From positions 224,001 through 288,000 of the forward strand of contig CBDASZ010000001.1 of assembly GCA_965199755.1 (NCBI GenBank): DNA of 64,000 bases. Direction: 5' to 3'. Shown in pieces: positions 1 through 11,810 of this stretch. Made by a program: the position numbers and the translations under genes. Below the pieces are notes generated by a model, which searched no databases, was not told the origin of the DNA, and worked only from the letters and a program-made list of their open reading frames with translations. This DNA comes from an uncultured candidatus Porisulfidus sp. (GTDB lineage Bacteria > Pseudomonadota > Gammaproteobacteria > Poriferisulfidales > Poriferisulfidaceae). Each line of letters starts with the position of its first letter. Within the stretch, counting starts at the first letter, position 1.

Positions 1-416
1 TCATCGGCCAGGTCAAGATCATGCTGGACGACTTCACCAATGGTGAGACCGATCGCGTGTATGTGGCGGAGAACAGTTTCGTCAACACCATGTCGCAGTC
101 GCCGCGCATCCAGCCGCTGTTGCCGACTCCGCCGAACGAAGTTGAGGACATGGATTACTACTGGGACTATCTGTATGAGCCGGATGCCCGCGACGTGCTC
201 GACAGCCTGCTGACGCGCTACATTGAATCGCAGGTGTATCAGGGCGTGGTGGAGAACGTGGCCTGCGAGATGGCGGCACGCATGGTGGCCATGAAGAGCG
301 CGTCGGACAACGCCGGAGATCTGATTGACGAGTTGCAGTTGATCTACAACAAGGCGCGGCAGGCGGCCATCACCCAGGAAATTTCAGAAATCGTCGGCGG
401 CGCAGCCGCTGTCTAA
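1..416 (+). CDS. atpG: F0F1 ATP synthase subunit gamma (3' part, truncated by window)
   Basis: C-terminal motif [16 protein letters not shown]...[20 protein letters not shown]; lies upstream of atpD. Confidence 0.97.
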   Translation, partial: IGQVKIMLDDFTNGETDRVYVAENSFVNTMSQSPRIQPLLPTPPNEVEDMDYYWDYLYEPDARDVLDSLLTRYIESQVYQGVVENVACEMAARMVAMKSASDNAGDLIDELQLIYNKARQAAITQEISEIVGGAAAV

Positions 417-2260
<1,844 letters not shown>

Positions 2261-2304
2261 CGCACGGCTACAATATTTCGCGCCTTTATTCTGAGCGCGC
2301 CCCC

Positions 2305-3681
2305 ATGACGATAGAAGCCATTATCCTCGCTGGAGGCAGCGGCAAGCGCATGCGGTTGCCGGTGCGCAAGCCCATGCTGGATTTGTTCGGCAAGCCCTTG
2401 CTGCAGCATGTGCTGGAAACCGCGGCCGGGGAGTCGGATCGTCGCCACGTTGTGCATGCGCCGGGTATGGAGGCGGATCTTGAGGCGCTGGCGCAAGCAT
2501 CAGGACAGGAATTCACATGCCACGTACAGCCTGAACCGCGCGGTACCGCGGATGCGTTCGCGTGCGCTTTGGGCGCGTTGGTGGATGACGCCGTCGCCGT
2601 CGCTTTGTGCGCGGATATGCCGATGCTGTCGGCGAAGACGCTGGCTACCTTGCTCGAAGCCACGCCTCAGAGCGGTCTGGTGGTTCTGACGATGAAGAGT
2701 CTGTTGCCAAGCGATACGTGTGGCCGGCTTATTCGGGATGAGGACGATCAGGTGATCGCCATTCGCGAGCACGCGGACGCGAGCGACGAAGAGAAGATGA
2801 TCATGGAGTCCAATACCGGGGTGCTGGCGGCGCGCGTGGCGGACTGGAAGCGCTGGGTTGCCAAATTGGATACGGACAACGCGCAAGGCGAGTTGTATTT
2901 GTCGGATTGCGTGGCGCAAGCCGTGGCTGAAGGTGCGCCGGTTGCCACCTGTGAAAGCATTTTGAGCGAGGCCAGAGGGATTAATACTGCAAATGATTAC
3001 GCGGATATCGCAAGCAGTTGGCAGCATCGCGCACGCAGGCGTTTGAGAGATCAGGGCGTGTTCATGGATGATTCGGGTTCGGTGCAACTGTCGGCGTACA
3101 CAGAAGTGGAGGAGGGCGCGGCGGTCTGGATCGGTCCAAATGTGATTTTCGAGGGCAAGGTTCGACTGGGCGAAGGCGTGCGAATCGGTGCGTGCACGGT
3201 GCTGCGGGATTGTGACATTGGCGCGGATGTCCGCATTGAACCCTTCAGCGTGATTGAGCGGGCGATTGTTGGGCGGCGCTGCCGGATCGGTCCGTTTGCG
3301 CGCATCCGACCAGAGACCGTGCTGGCCGAAGAAGTTCGGATTGGCAATTTCGTGGAAGTGAAGAAGTCTGAGATAGGTGCAGGCTCCAAAGTCAATCATC
3401 TGTCTTATGTGGGAGATACCCAAGTCGGACGTGATGTCAACATCGGCGCTGGCACCATCACCTGCAATTACGATGGCGCGGCCAAGCACCAGACCGTCAT
3501 CGGCGATGATGTGTTCATTGGTTCGGGTACGCAACTGGTCGCACCGGTCACGGTAGAGGATGGCGCGACCATCGGGGCGGGTTCCACCATCACCAAGGAC
3601 GCCCCCGCGGATGCGCTGACCTTGACGCGGGCCGAGCAGAAGACGGTGGATGGCTGGCGACGCCTAAAGAAGGAGTCCTGA
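2305..3681 (+). CDS. glmU: Bifunctional UDP-GlcNAc pyrophosphorylase / glucosamine-1-P acetyltransferase
   Basis: ILAGGSGKRM N-terminus, DNAQGELYL, hexapeptide repeats, GNFVEVKKS/HLSYVGD/NYDG; atpC-glmU-glmS synteny. Confidence 0.96.
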   Translation: MTIEAIILAGGSGKRMRLPVRKPMLDLFGKPLLQHVLETAAGESDRRHVVHAPGMEADLEALAQASGQEFTCHVQPEPRGTADAFACALGALVDDAVAVALCADMPMLSAKTLATLLEATPQSGLVVLTMKSLLPSDTCGRLIRDEDDQVIAIREHADASDEEKMIMESNTGVLAARVADWKRWVAKLDTDNAQGELYLSDCVAQAVAEGAPVATCESILSEARGINTANDYADIASSWQHRARRRLRDQGVFMDDSGSVQLSAYTEVEEGAAVWIGPNVIFEGKVRLGEGVRIGACTVLRDCDIGADVRIEPFSVIERAIVGRRCRIGPFARIRPETVLAEEVRIGNFVEVKKSEIGAGSKVNHLSYVGDTQVGRDVNIGAGTITCNYDGAAKHQTVIGDDVFIGSGTQLVAPVTVEDGATIGAGSTITKDAPADALTLTRAEQKTVDGWRRLKKES

Positions 3682-5516
3682 TGTGCGGCATTGTCGGCGC
3701 GGTCGCTCGCCAGAATATCGTCCCAATCCTGCTTGAGGGCTTGCAGCGGCTGGAATATCGCGGATATGACTCGGCCGGTGTGGCCGTCATTCAAAGCGAC
3801 CAGTTAAACCGCCTGCGCTGCAACGGCAAGGTCGAGGAATTGTCGCGTCAGACTGACTCAGCCAAACTCGAAGGGGAAATCGGAATCGCGCATACTCGCT
3901 GGGCGACGCATGGCCCGGCGGAAGTACGCAACGCGCACCCGCATGTGGCGGGCGAAGACGGCCGCGTCGCGGTAGTACACAACGGCATTATTGAAAACCA
4001 TAAAGAACTGCGCGAACAGCAACAGGCGCAGGGTGTGCAGCACGACTCGGACACCGACTCCGAAATCATGGCCTGCCAGATCGCGGCGCACTTGAATGGC
4101 AAGGCAGACTTGTTCGATGCCGTGTCACAGGCGGTCGGGGAACTAGAAGGGAGTTTCGCGCTGGTGGCGGCGGACAAACAGGACCCAAGCCGATTGGTCG
4201 GTGCGCGGCGCAATAGTCCTCTGGCGATCGGTCGCGGCGCGAAGGGCTGCTACCTGGCTTCTGACCCGCAGGCGCTGGTGTCCGTGGCTACCCATTACTG
4301 CCGACTGGAAAACGATGACATTGTGTCTGTCGCTGAGTCAGAGGTTGTGATCTGGAACAACGGGGCCGTGGTTGAGCGGGAATGGCAGGAGTTGCCGCCA
4401 GAGGATGCGGTGCTGGAACTGGGCGATTACGACCATCACATGCAGCGGGAGATTTTTGAGCAGCCAGATTGTGTGGCGCAGACGCTCGAAGGCCGCATTG
4501 AAACCGGGCGCGTGGACGACGGGATTCTGGGCCCGGACGCGGAGAAGATTTTGGACGCCACGAAGAGCGTGCAGATTGCCGCTTGCGGCACCAGTTATCA
4601 CGCGGCGTTGGTGGCGCGGCATTGGCTGGAGCGCTATGGAGGGGTGCCTTGCCAGGTCGAGATCGCCAGTGAGTTTCGTTATCGCCAGCATGTACGGCGT
4701 CCCGACACCTTGTTCGTGGCAATCTCGCAATCAGGAGAGACGGCGGACACGCTGGCTGCGCTGGAAATGTCTAACGAAGATCCGGCCTATCACGCCAGTC
4801 TCGCGGTGTGCAATGTGGCGCACAGCACGATGGTGCGCGCAGCCGATCTGACATTACTGACGCACGCCGGCCCGGAAATCGGGGTGGCGTCCACCAAGGC
4901 ATTTGTCACCCAGTTGGCGGCCTTGATGTTGCTGGTGTTGTTGCTGGGACGGCGGCATTCACTGACTCGTGAAGTGGAAGATGACCTGGTCGCCCAGTTG
5001 GCAAACCTGCCGACAAGAATGAGCCGCGTACTGGAACTGGATGCCGGAATTGCCGCCTTGTCGAAACAGTTCGCAGACAAGCAACATGCGCTGTTTCTGG
5101 GACGTGGGTCACACTATCCGATCGCCATGGAAGGGGCGCTGAAACTGAAAGAGATTTCCTACATTCATGCGGAGGCTTATGCTTCCGGTGAACTCAAGCA
5201 TGGACCTTTGGCGTTGGTGGATGCGGAGATGCCGGTGGTGGCGGTCGCGCCGAACAACCGCCTGCTACAGAAACTCAAAAGCAATCTGGAGGAAGTTCGG
5301 GCGCGCGGCGGGAAGCTTTATGTGTTCGCGGATCGGACTGCGGGATTTGAGAGCGACGAGTTGATGGAGGTGTTTGAACTGGACGCGCCGGAGAATGCTG
5401 TGGCACCGATTCTGTTCACCATTCCGTTGCAGTTGCTGGCGTACCACTGCGCGAAGATTAAGGGAACCGATATTGATCAGCCGCGCAATTTGGCGAAGTC
5501 TGTAACAGTGGAGTAA
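3681..5516 (+). CDS. glmS: Glutamine--fructose-6-phosphate aminotransferase
   Basis: MCGIVG start, HTRWATHG, C-terminal PRNLAKSVTVE. Confidence 0.99.
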   Translation: MCGIVGAVARQNIVPILLEGLQRLEYRGYDSAGVAVIQSDQLNRLRCNGKVEELSRQTDSAKLEGEIGIAHTRWATHGPAEVRNAHPHVAGEDGRVAVVHNGIIENHKELREQQQAQGVQHDSDTDSEIMACQIAAHLNGKADLFDAVSQAVGELEGSFALVAADKQDPSRLVGARRNSPLAIGRGAKGCYLASDPQALVSVATHYCRLENDDIVSVAESEVVIWNNGAVVEREWQELPPEDAVLELGDYDHHMQREIFEQPDCVAQTLEGRIETGRVDDGILGPDAEKILDATKSVQIAACGTSYHAALVARHWLERYGGVPCQVEIASEFRYRQHVRRPDTLFVAISQSGETADTLAALEMSNEDPAYHASLAVCNVAHSTMVRAADLTLLTHAGPEIGVASTKAFVTQLAALMLLVLLLGRRHSLTREVEDDLVAQLANLPTRMSRVLELDAGIAALSKQFADKQHALFLGRGSHYPIAMEGALKLKEISYIHAEAYASGELKHGPLALVDAEMPVVAVAPNNRLLQKLKSNLEEVRARGGKLYVFADRTAGFESDELMEVFELDAPENAVAPILFTIPLQLLAYHCAKIKGTDIDQPRNLAKSVTVE

Positions 5517-5518
5517 AG

Positions 5519-5549
5519 AGTCTTTTCTCATTCTGCATGAGACAAGACT
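5519..5549. terminator. Hairpin between convergent glmS and the GIY-YIG gene (possible terminator)
   Basis: AGTCTT-T-TCTCAT / loop TCTGC / ATGAGA-C-AAGACT inverted repeat; no clear U-tract. Confidence 0.45.
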
Positions 5550-5576
5550 GCGGACATGTCAGATTACTACAAGAAT

Positions 5577-6209
5577 TTAGTCGGAGTCATCCTCCAAACG
5601 TAATCGCATTTCTGTGAGTATTTCGCCCTGAAACAGCCAAAAATCAGAACCACGTACACCTGTCCAATCTTTTCCCCAAGACTCTTTCCCAACGTTTTCG
5701 CTCAAAATTTTCTTAGTGATTTGTGTAAGGAAATAGTCAGTGCCCTCGTAGCGGACTTTTCTGTCTTCCACAACGGTGGCAATCAGTGTCTCGTCATGCA
5801 GGAAAGTTAGTTCAGCCCCGACCGGGATATCAAGCATAGAGAAGGTGGTGATAGGCTTCCTTTTTACTTTCCGATGTAGCGAATCTTTCTCTTCCTGACT
5901 TTCAGCGATATCCTCTTGGGGGATCGCATATCTTATTGCCCACCCTTCGAGAAGGGTTTTGACTCTTTCGGGACTGATTCGGAAAAACTCCCGTTTAGGA
6001 TTGATCCTATGGTCCCCCAGTCCAAAATGGAGCCGCCTTTCAACGTCTGATCCGCTCTCAACTTCGCCGCAGTAGTAACAGTGAAATGGAACAGGGACAC
6101 CGGCATGCGAAGAAAGTGATTGTAATCGCTGCTCGATGTCTTCAGTCCGCCCGATTTTCACGAGGTCAGGGATTGTAGGGTTTGTCAATATGCATACGAA
6201 GTGAGGCAT
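5577..6209 (-). CDS. T5orf172/GIY-YIG family nuclease with RAMA-like C-terminal domain
   Basis: ILTNP.IPDLVKIGRT...QRL..L...GVPVPF...E..LH...RINPKREFF; C-terminal domain ends GSDFWLFQGEILTEMR. Confidence 0.8.
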   Translation of the reverse strand: MPHFVCILTNPTIPDLVKIGRTEDIEQRLQSLSSHAGVPVPFHCYYCGEVESGSDVERRLHFGLGDHRINPKREFFRISPERVKTLLEGWAIRYAIPQEDIAESQEEKDSLHRKVKRKPITTFSMLDIPVGAELTFLHDETLIATVVEDRKVRYEGTDYFLTQITKKILSENVGKESWGKDWTGVRGSDFWLFQGEILTEMRLRLEDDSD

Positions 6210-6258
6210 GTTTATCAGATGATTCATTAGTCAATGATCATCCCAAGGGGGGCAGATG

Positions 6259-7212
6259 TCAAGTTGCTTTTTGAAATTCCTCGTAGCGCATTTCTAGGCG
6301 ATCTTGGTCGGGATAGTCTTTCTTCCGCTTAGGCAGATGTAGTCGCAGGCCGGAAAGTTCCTTCAGGGTCTCCATCACGGGGCCATCTTTAATCTCCAGC
6401 AGTTTTTCAGACACTTTCAATTCATAATCCGGTGTGATCCCCAAGAAATTCTGATCAAAAGCAGCGTGGTGAAGTTTTGACAGCGCAAGTCCGTTCTGAA
6501 CAACAGGCTGACCAAAATCCGGGTCACGGTCGGGGATAATGTGAGCAGCATCCAGCAAATTCGGCATGGGCAACCCGGAAATAGCGCATCGTCCACTATA
6601 TGCTGACACTACGACAGCGCGGAATTTTGCTTGGTGTAAGCGCTGCTCCACTGGGCGAAGAACATATTCACGATGTTGCTTGGGACTCAGTTCGCTTCCC
6701 GGGCCTATCTCAATTGGATTTGTAATACTGTCGCATAGCAAGCCTTGACAGTTGACACGAGCTTTCTGCGCCATGTCATCACAATGAGCGATGCGGGCAA
6801 GAAGGGGCATATATAGTTGAGGCGCGATCCCGCGGAAATAAACAACAAAGATATTGTGTTTATGGGCGTTGTGCAGGTGCTGGTTTTGAGCCTTTTTAAT
6901 GCCTCCGCGCATATAGTCGTATGAGATCAGTCCATTGGGATCAAAAACTTCCTCCCGGCCCATTCTCTGATCGTCGTACCAAATCCTGCTTCCGGGCTTC
7001 TTGATCGAAGTGGTGATTGATAGCAGGAATTCCATGCCTTGCGGCCTATAAATACCTTGCTGTGGGTTTATTAGAGCGATGCGTTTCCCCTCAAACTGGA
7101 ATTTCTGTAGGATCTGTTTACGGGTGACACATCCGTCTGGAGTACGTGGCAGTTCACACACGTGTCGGAAAGCCGCTTTGCGGATTCTTTGGCTGAGGGG
7201 GTTCTCGGACAC
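6259..7212 (-). CDS. HNH endonuclease, putative modification-dependent restriction enzyme with SRA/PUA-like N-domain
   Basis: RLHQAKFRAVVVSAYSGRCAISG...LDAAHII...NGLALSKLHHAAFD HNH_2 signature. Confidence 0.85.
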   Translation of the reverse strand: MSENPLSQRIRKAAFRHVCELPRTPDGCVTRKQILQKFQFEGKRIALINPQQGIYRPQGMEFLLSITTSIKKPGSRIWYDDQRMGREEVFDPNGLISYDYMRGGIKKAQNQHLHNAHKHNIFVVYFRGIAPQLYMPLLARIAHCDDMAQKARVNCQGLLCDSITNPIEIGPGSELSPKQHREYVLRPVEQRLHQAKFRAVVVSAYSGRCAISGLPMPNLLDAAHIIPDRDPDFGQPVVQNGLALSKLHHAAFDQNFLGITPDYELKVSEKLLEIKDGPVMETLKELSGLRLHLPKRKKDYPDQDRLEMRYEEFQKAT

Positions 7213-7299
7213 AGTTGCTTTGGTTTGGATAAGTGCTGCCGTTTTATCCTACCAGGTTGCGTCGCTCCCATGACTTTCCATGCTTCATTTCCTTATTCA

Positions 7300-8357
7300 C
7301 CCAATACCGCAGCCAGTGACTTGGCTGATGACGCAGGTGACCATAGCGGACTCTTTTGAGAGGGTTCCCATAGTGCCCATATAGGGACAGCATACAAACG
7401 CTCGTCAAACTGTTCGACAAACCGTCCGTCATATAGAGCACGACACCGGCCACGAAATCTTTTCCGGCCATCTTTTGAAGTTTGCGCAACCCGCGGAAGT
7501 CTTTTGGCGTGACTGTTTCTGATGCCTTGACCTCTACACCGGCAACTTCTGAATAACTACGTTGGATCACAAAATCCACCTTTGGGCCGTCATAGTGCAA
7601 GAAGTGAGAGAAGGAGTGTTCAGTGCTGCCGCACTTGTCGATTCCCAAAAGTTCGTGGAACACGAAGGTTTTCAGAAAGCGACCGAATATTTCTCTATCC
7701 CGATATAGCGTTGGCGCACTTAACTTCAACAGGGTGCACGCGAGACCTGTGTCGCAAAAGTGAAGCTCGAACTTTTTGGAAAGGCGGCCATGTCGTGTGT
7801 CCGAATCAGACAATCCTGTCTTGATATTGCGCCAAGCTGATAATGAAGCCAGGTGAAATGTGTGAATCAGGAGCCCCAAATAATGGTCTATCGTGCCGCG
7901 GTTCAAATTAAACTCTGATGCCAGACTGGCAATCTTAGGAGGCTGCGCTGTACGAGCTGCCATCATTTTTAGAAGTTGCGGCATGACGTTTAAGGCGTGG
8001 ATGCTTGACAGTTCGCGCAACTCCCTCCGCACGACGGCTTCAACATAACCTTCAGCCCATTCCGTACGTTCCCGTTCAGAGGAAGCAGTGATCATTTCCG
8101 GGTACCCCCCCGGTGACAATCCTGTCGGCGAGGCTTTCTCCCATCCGTTCGCCTGTAGCGAAATCGAATTCTCCATTGAACAATGTATCAAGGAAGCCGG
8201 GGTGCCGCACCTTCAATTCGCCCTGAATCAGAGTCCCCATTGGGTGCATGGTCACCCGCCCGACAAAAGGCAGTTTTGGTGTAATCAGGATGTTGGCGGA
8301 CCCAACAAAAATGAAACGCCCGGGAATACGATTTGCATCCACCATGCTTTTGATGGC
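7300..8357 (-). pseudogene. AAA ATPase/DUF4143 protein, N-terminally truncated, two frameshifts
   Basis: Fragments AIKSMVDANRIPGRFIFVGSAN, GGYPE...DTGL...VDFVI...VEVKAS, and VLY/DGRFVEQFDERLYAVPIWALW lie in different frames; an extra G in a G7 run (~8105-8111) and an extra AT near 7431; boundaries approximate. Confidence 0.8.
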
Positions 8358-8360
8358 GCA

Positions 8361-8389
8361 TTGACAAGATGCGCTGACACCTACACAAT
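8361..8389 (+). promoter_or_regulatory. Putative sigma70 promoter of the cbbQ-like gene
   Basis: TTGACA-N17-CACAAT, 27 nt upstream of ATG 8417. Confidence 0.55.
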
Positions 8390-8416
8390 GGGCGCACTGC
8401 CATTGCAGGTTTTCAC

Positions 8417-9232
8417 ATGAGTGAGGCGCGTACCCTGAAGCCGGAAGAGTACCGGGTCGAGACTGAACCGTATTACGAGCCGGTCGGTTCTGAGATCGAC
8501 GTGTTCGAGTCCGCGTGGCGCAACCAGTTGCCGGTCCTGCTCAAAGGCCCGACCGGCTGCGGCAAGACCCGCTTCATGGAATACATGGCGTGGAAGTTGA
8601 AACGCCCGCTCATCACGGTGTCATGCCATGATGATTTAACCTCTTCAGACTTGGTCGGGCGCTATCTGATTGCGGGTGGTGAGACGGTCTGGGTGGATGG
8701 ACCGCTGGCGCGTGCTGTGCGCTCTGGCAGCATTTGCTATCTGGATGAAGTGGTCGAGGCGCGCAAGGACACCACGGTGGTCATACATCCCTTGTGTGAT
8801 GACCGGCGCGTACTGCCGATGGAGAAACACGGCGAATTGCTGGAGGCCCCCGATGAGTTCTGCATGGCGATTTCCTACAATCCGGGCTATCAGAGCGTCC
8901 TGAAGGATCTCAAGCAAAGCACCCGTCAGCGTTTTGTGGCGCTGGAATTTGATTATCCGCAAGCGGACACGGAGCGCAAGATCGTGGTGCAGGAGACGGA
9001 CGTGGATGAGGAGGTTGCCCGATTGCTGGTGAAGTTCGCGGAAATGACCCGCAACCTGAAAGGCAACGGACTTGATGAAGGGGCTAGCACGCGCTTGCTG
9101 GTGCATGCCGGCAAGTTGATTCAGTCTGGCGTGGATCCGGTGGTGGCCTGTTCCAGCGCGGTATCGCAGGCGTTGACGGATGACCCGGAGATGCTGCAGG
9201 CGGTCAACGAATTGAGTTCCTCGGTGTTTTGA
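8417..9232 (+). CDS. CbbQ/NirQ/NorQ family MoxR-type AAA+ ATPase
   Basis: [52 protein letters not shown]. Confidence 0.93.
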   Translation: MSEARTLKPEEYRVETEPYYEPVGSEIDVFESAWRNQLPVLLKGPTGCGKTRFMEYMAWKLKRPLITVSCHDDLTSSDLVGRYLIAGGETVWVDGPLARAVRSGSICYLDEVVEARKDTTVVIHPLCDDRRVLPMEKHGELLEAPDEFCMAISYNPGYQSVLKDLKQSTRQRFVALEFDYPQADTERKIVVQETDVDEEVARLLVKFAEMTRNLKGNGLDEGASTRLLVHAGKLIQSGVDPVVACSSAVSQALTDDPEMLQAVNELSSSVF

Positions 9233-9260
9233 GTCCGCGGGTAAGTATTGACAGACGTAA

Positions 9261-11744
9261 ATGATTGAACGATTGCGCGGCTGGTACGACTGGTTAGTAC
9301 TGGACACTCCCTGGCTTCCGCTGCTGCTGCTGGCGCTTGTCGTCGGTGCGATGGGCACGCAGGTCACGGATTTTCGGCTGGACGCATCAGCCGACTCACT
9401 GCTGTTGGAGGACGACGAAGACCTCCGCTACTACCGAGACAAGGTGGCGAGCTACGGCGGTCAGGATTTTCTGATCATCACGTATCGGCCGCAGGGTCAC
9501 CTGCTGGATGAGGACACGCTGGAGCATATAGAGGCTTTGCGTGAAGACTTGCTGGCGCTGGAAGCGATCGAGGATGTGATCACGATTCTGGACGTGCCGC
9601 TGCTCAATTCTCCGCCGATTGATTTTGCGGAACTGGGCTACATCAACCGAACCTTGCGGTATACGGATGTGGATCGGAAGCTGGCGTTTGACGAGTTCCG
9701 CACCAGCCCGTTCTATCAAAACATGCTGTCGAGCTCAGACGGCAAGACCACCGCGCTAATCGCATTTCTGCCAACCGATGAAGTGGCTGATGAATTACTG
9801 CGTGAGCGCACCGAGTTGCGTGATGCGCACCGCGCGGGCACGTTGGACGAAGAAGGGCAGCAACAACTGACTGAGGTGTCCAACCGCTACGCGGATCATC
9901 AGGCGGCCGCCTCCGAGCGGCGTACTGAAAACATTGCCGCGGTTCGCGCGATTCTGGATCGCCACCGCGACCACGCCCGCATCTTTCTCGGCGGCATCTC
10001 CATGATCGCCTCCGACATGATCGATTTCATTGATAACGATCTGAAGGTTTTCGGGACCACTGTGTTTGTGTTTCTGATTGGCATGCTGGCGGTGATCTTT
10101 CGGCGGCTTCGCTGGATCGTTCTGCCGCTGATGGGTTGCGCGGCCTCGGTGGTGTTAATGATGGGCTTGCTGTCGCTGTCGCGCTGGCCGGTGACGGTGA
10201 TCTCCTCAAACTTCGTGTCGCTACTTTTGATCATCACCATGTCGATGACGATTCATCTGGTGGTGCGTTTTCGTGAACTGCAGGCACTGGAGCCGGAAGG
10301 CCGCCCGCGTGAACTGGTCGGGCGCGCGGTGCACTTCATGTTCACACCGATTCTCTACAGCGCGCTCACCACCATGGTGGCGTTCACTTCGCTGCTGGTT
10401 TCCGGCATTCGCCCGGTGATTGACTTCGGTTACATGATGACGGCGGGAATCGCCATGGCGCTGGCGGTGATTTTTCTGCTGTTCCCGGCGCTGGTCGCGC
10501 TGCTTCCTCGAGTACAAGGTGAAGAGCGCGACTTCACGCGCGGTGTCACACTGGCGTTTGCGCGCTTCACGGAACGTCGGCGCAAAAGCATTCTGGCGGC
10601 GGCGGCAGGGCTGGCCGTCTTCGGCGCGCTGGGCGCGAACCAACTGGACGTCGAGAACCGGTTCATTGATTACTTCGAGCCTGAGACGGAAATTCATCAG
10701 GGCATGCTGGAGATCGACCGCCACCTGGGCGGCACCACCACGCTGGATATTATTCTGGAGGCCGATCCCGATTGGCAGCCGGTCTTTGAAGATGAATTTG
10801 CCGAGGAGGATGATTTCTACGCCGAGTTTGGAGATGTGGAGGAAGAGCCGGAGAGTTACTGGTTCAACACATTGCGCTTGCAGGAATTGCGGCGCATCCA
10901 TGACTGGCTGGAAGCGCAGCCGGAAACCGGCAAGGTTCTGTCTCTGGACACCATTATCCGCATGGCGGAAAGCGTCAACGATGGTGAGCCGTTGGACGAT
11001 CTGAAGATCGGCCTGTTGCGCGAAGGGCTGTCGCATCTGGACGAAGACATGCAGGATGTTCTGGTGTCGCCTTATTTGTCGCAGGACGGCAATACACTGC
11101 GAATCCAGTTGCGCGTGATTGACTCGGATCCCGAATTGCGTCGCGCCGAGTTGCTGGAGCGCGTGGAGACATTCTTGCGCGAGGAAATGTCCTACGGCGA
11201 AGATCGTTTCCGGCTGAGCGGGCTGTTGGTGCTCTACAACAACATGCTGCAAAGTCTGTTCGCCTCACAGATCCAGACCATTGGCTTTGTCTTTCTGGCG
11301 ATTCTGGGCATGTTTCTGGTGCTGTTTCGCTCATTGCGTCTGGCGCTGATCGCGATCTTGCCGAACATGCTGCCGGCGCTGCTGGTGCTGGGTGTGATGG
11401 GGTGGCTGGGTGTACCTCTGGACCTGATGACCATCACGATTGCGGCCATTAGTGTCGGGATCGCGGTGGACAACACCATTCATTACATTGTGCGGTTCCG
11501 CAGGGAGTTTCCTCAGGATCGGGATTATCTGGCCGCCATGCGTCGCTGCCACGGTAGCATTGGCCGCGCCATGTACTACACCTCGCTGACTATCGTGGTG
11601 GGCTTTTCGATTCTGATGCTGTCGAACTTCACGCCGACCTTTTACTTCGGCCTGTTCACCTCGTTCGCCATGCTGACCGCGCTGGTCGCGTCACTGGCCT
11701 TGTTGCCGGCGATGCTGCTGACCTTGCGTCCATTGGGTCGTTGA
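9261..11744 (+). CDS. MMPL/RND family exporter
   Basis: Two repeats of TM + periplasmic loop + 5 TM; GIAVDNTIHY motif; 827 aa. Confidence 0.88.
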   Translation: MIERLRGWYDWLVLDTPWLPLLLLALVVGAMGTQVTDFRLDASADSLLLEDDEDLRYYRDKVASYGGQDFLIITYRPQGHLLDEDTLEHIEALREDLLALEAIEDVITILDVPLLNSPPIDFAELGYINRTLRYTDVDRKLAFDEFRTSPFYQNMLSSSDGKTTALIAFLPTDEVADELLRERTELRDAHRAGTLDEEGQQQLTEVSNRYADHQAAASERRTENIAAVRAILDRHRDHARIFLGGISMIASDMIDFIDNDLKVFGTTVFVFLIGMLAVIFRRLRWIVLPLMGCAASVVLMMGLLSLSRWPVTVISSNFVSLLLIITMSMTIHLVVRFRELQALEPEGRPRELVGRAVHFMFTPILYSALTTMVAFTSLLVSGIRPVIDFGYMMTAGIAMALAVIFLLFPALVALLPRVQGEERDFTRGVTLAFARFTERRRKSILAAAAGLAVFGALGANQLDVENRFIDYFEPETEIHQGMLEIDRHLGGTTTLDIILEADPDWQPVFEDEFAEEDDFYAEFGDVEEEPESYWFNTLRLQELRRIHDWLEAQPETGKVLSLDTIIRMAESVNDGEPLDDLKIGLLREGLSHLDEDMQDVLVSPYLSQDGNTLRIQLRVIDSDPELRRAELLERVETFLREEMSYGEDRFRLSGLLVLYNNMLQSLFASQIQTIGFVFLAILGMFLVLFRSLRLALIAILPNMLPALLVLGVMGWLGVPLDLMTITIAAISVGIAVDNTIHYIVRFRREFPQDRDYLAAMRRCHGSIGRAMYYTSLTIVVGFSILMLSNFTPTFYFGLFTSFAMLTALVASLALLPAMLLTLRPLGR

Positions 11745-11810
11745 CGCGGGCGTGTGCATTTTGAACTTCGTGCTCAAGGAAGATAGTGAGGGTGGCAGCT
11801 TGTCTGCGCG

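Noticed and set aside
2500-3534. Long antisense ORFs (this one and e.g. 10221-11252, 20069-21052)
   Set aside because: They lie opposite well-supported genes, carry no recognisable motifs, and are typical shadow frames in GC-rich DNA
5517-5580. Intact Tn7 end downstream of glmS
   Set aside because: No convincing terminal TGT with repeated TnsB sites and no tnsABCD genes; only a hairpin was seen
8417-9232. CbbQ using the VWA proteins at 42-44 kb as its CbbO-like adaptors
   Set aside because: Those VWA domains follow an N-terminal TM and are predicted periplasmic, 33 kb away; CbbO/NorD are cytoplasmic
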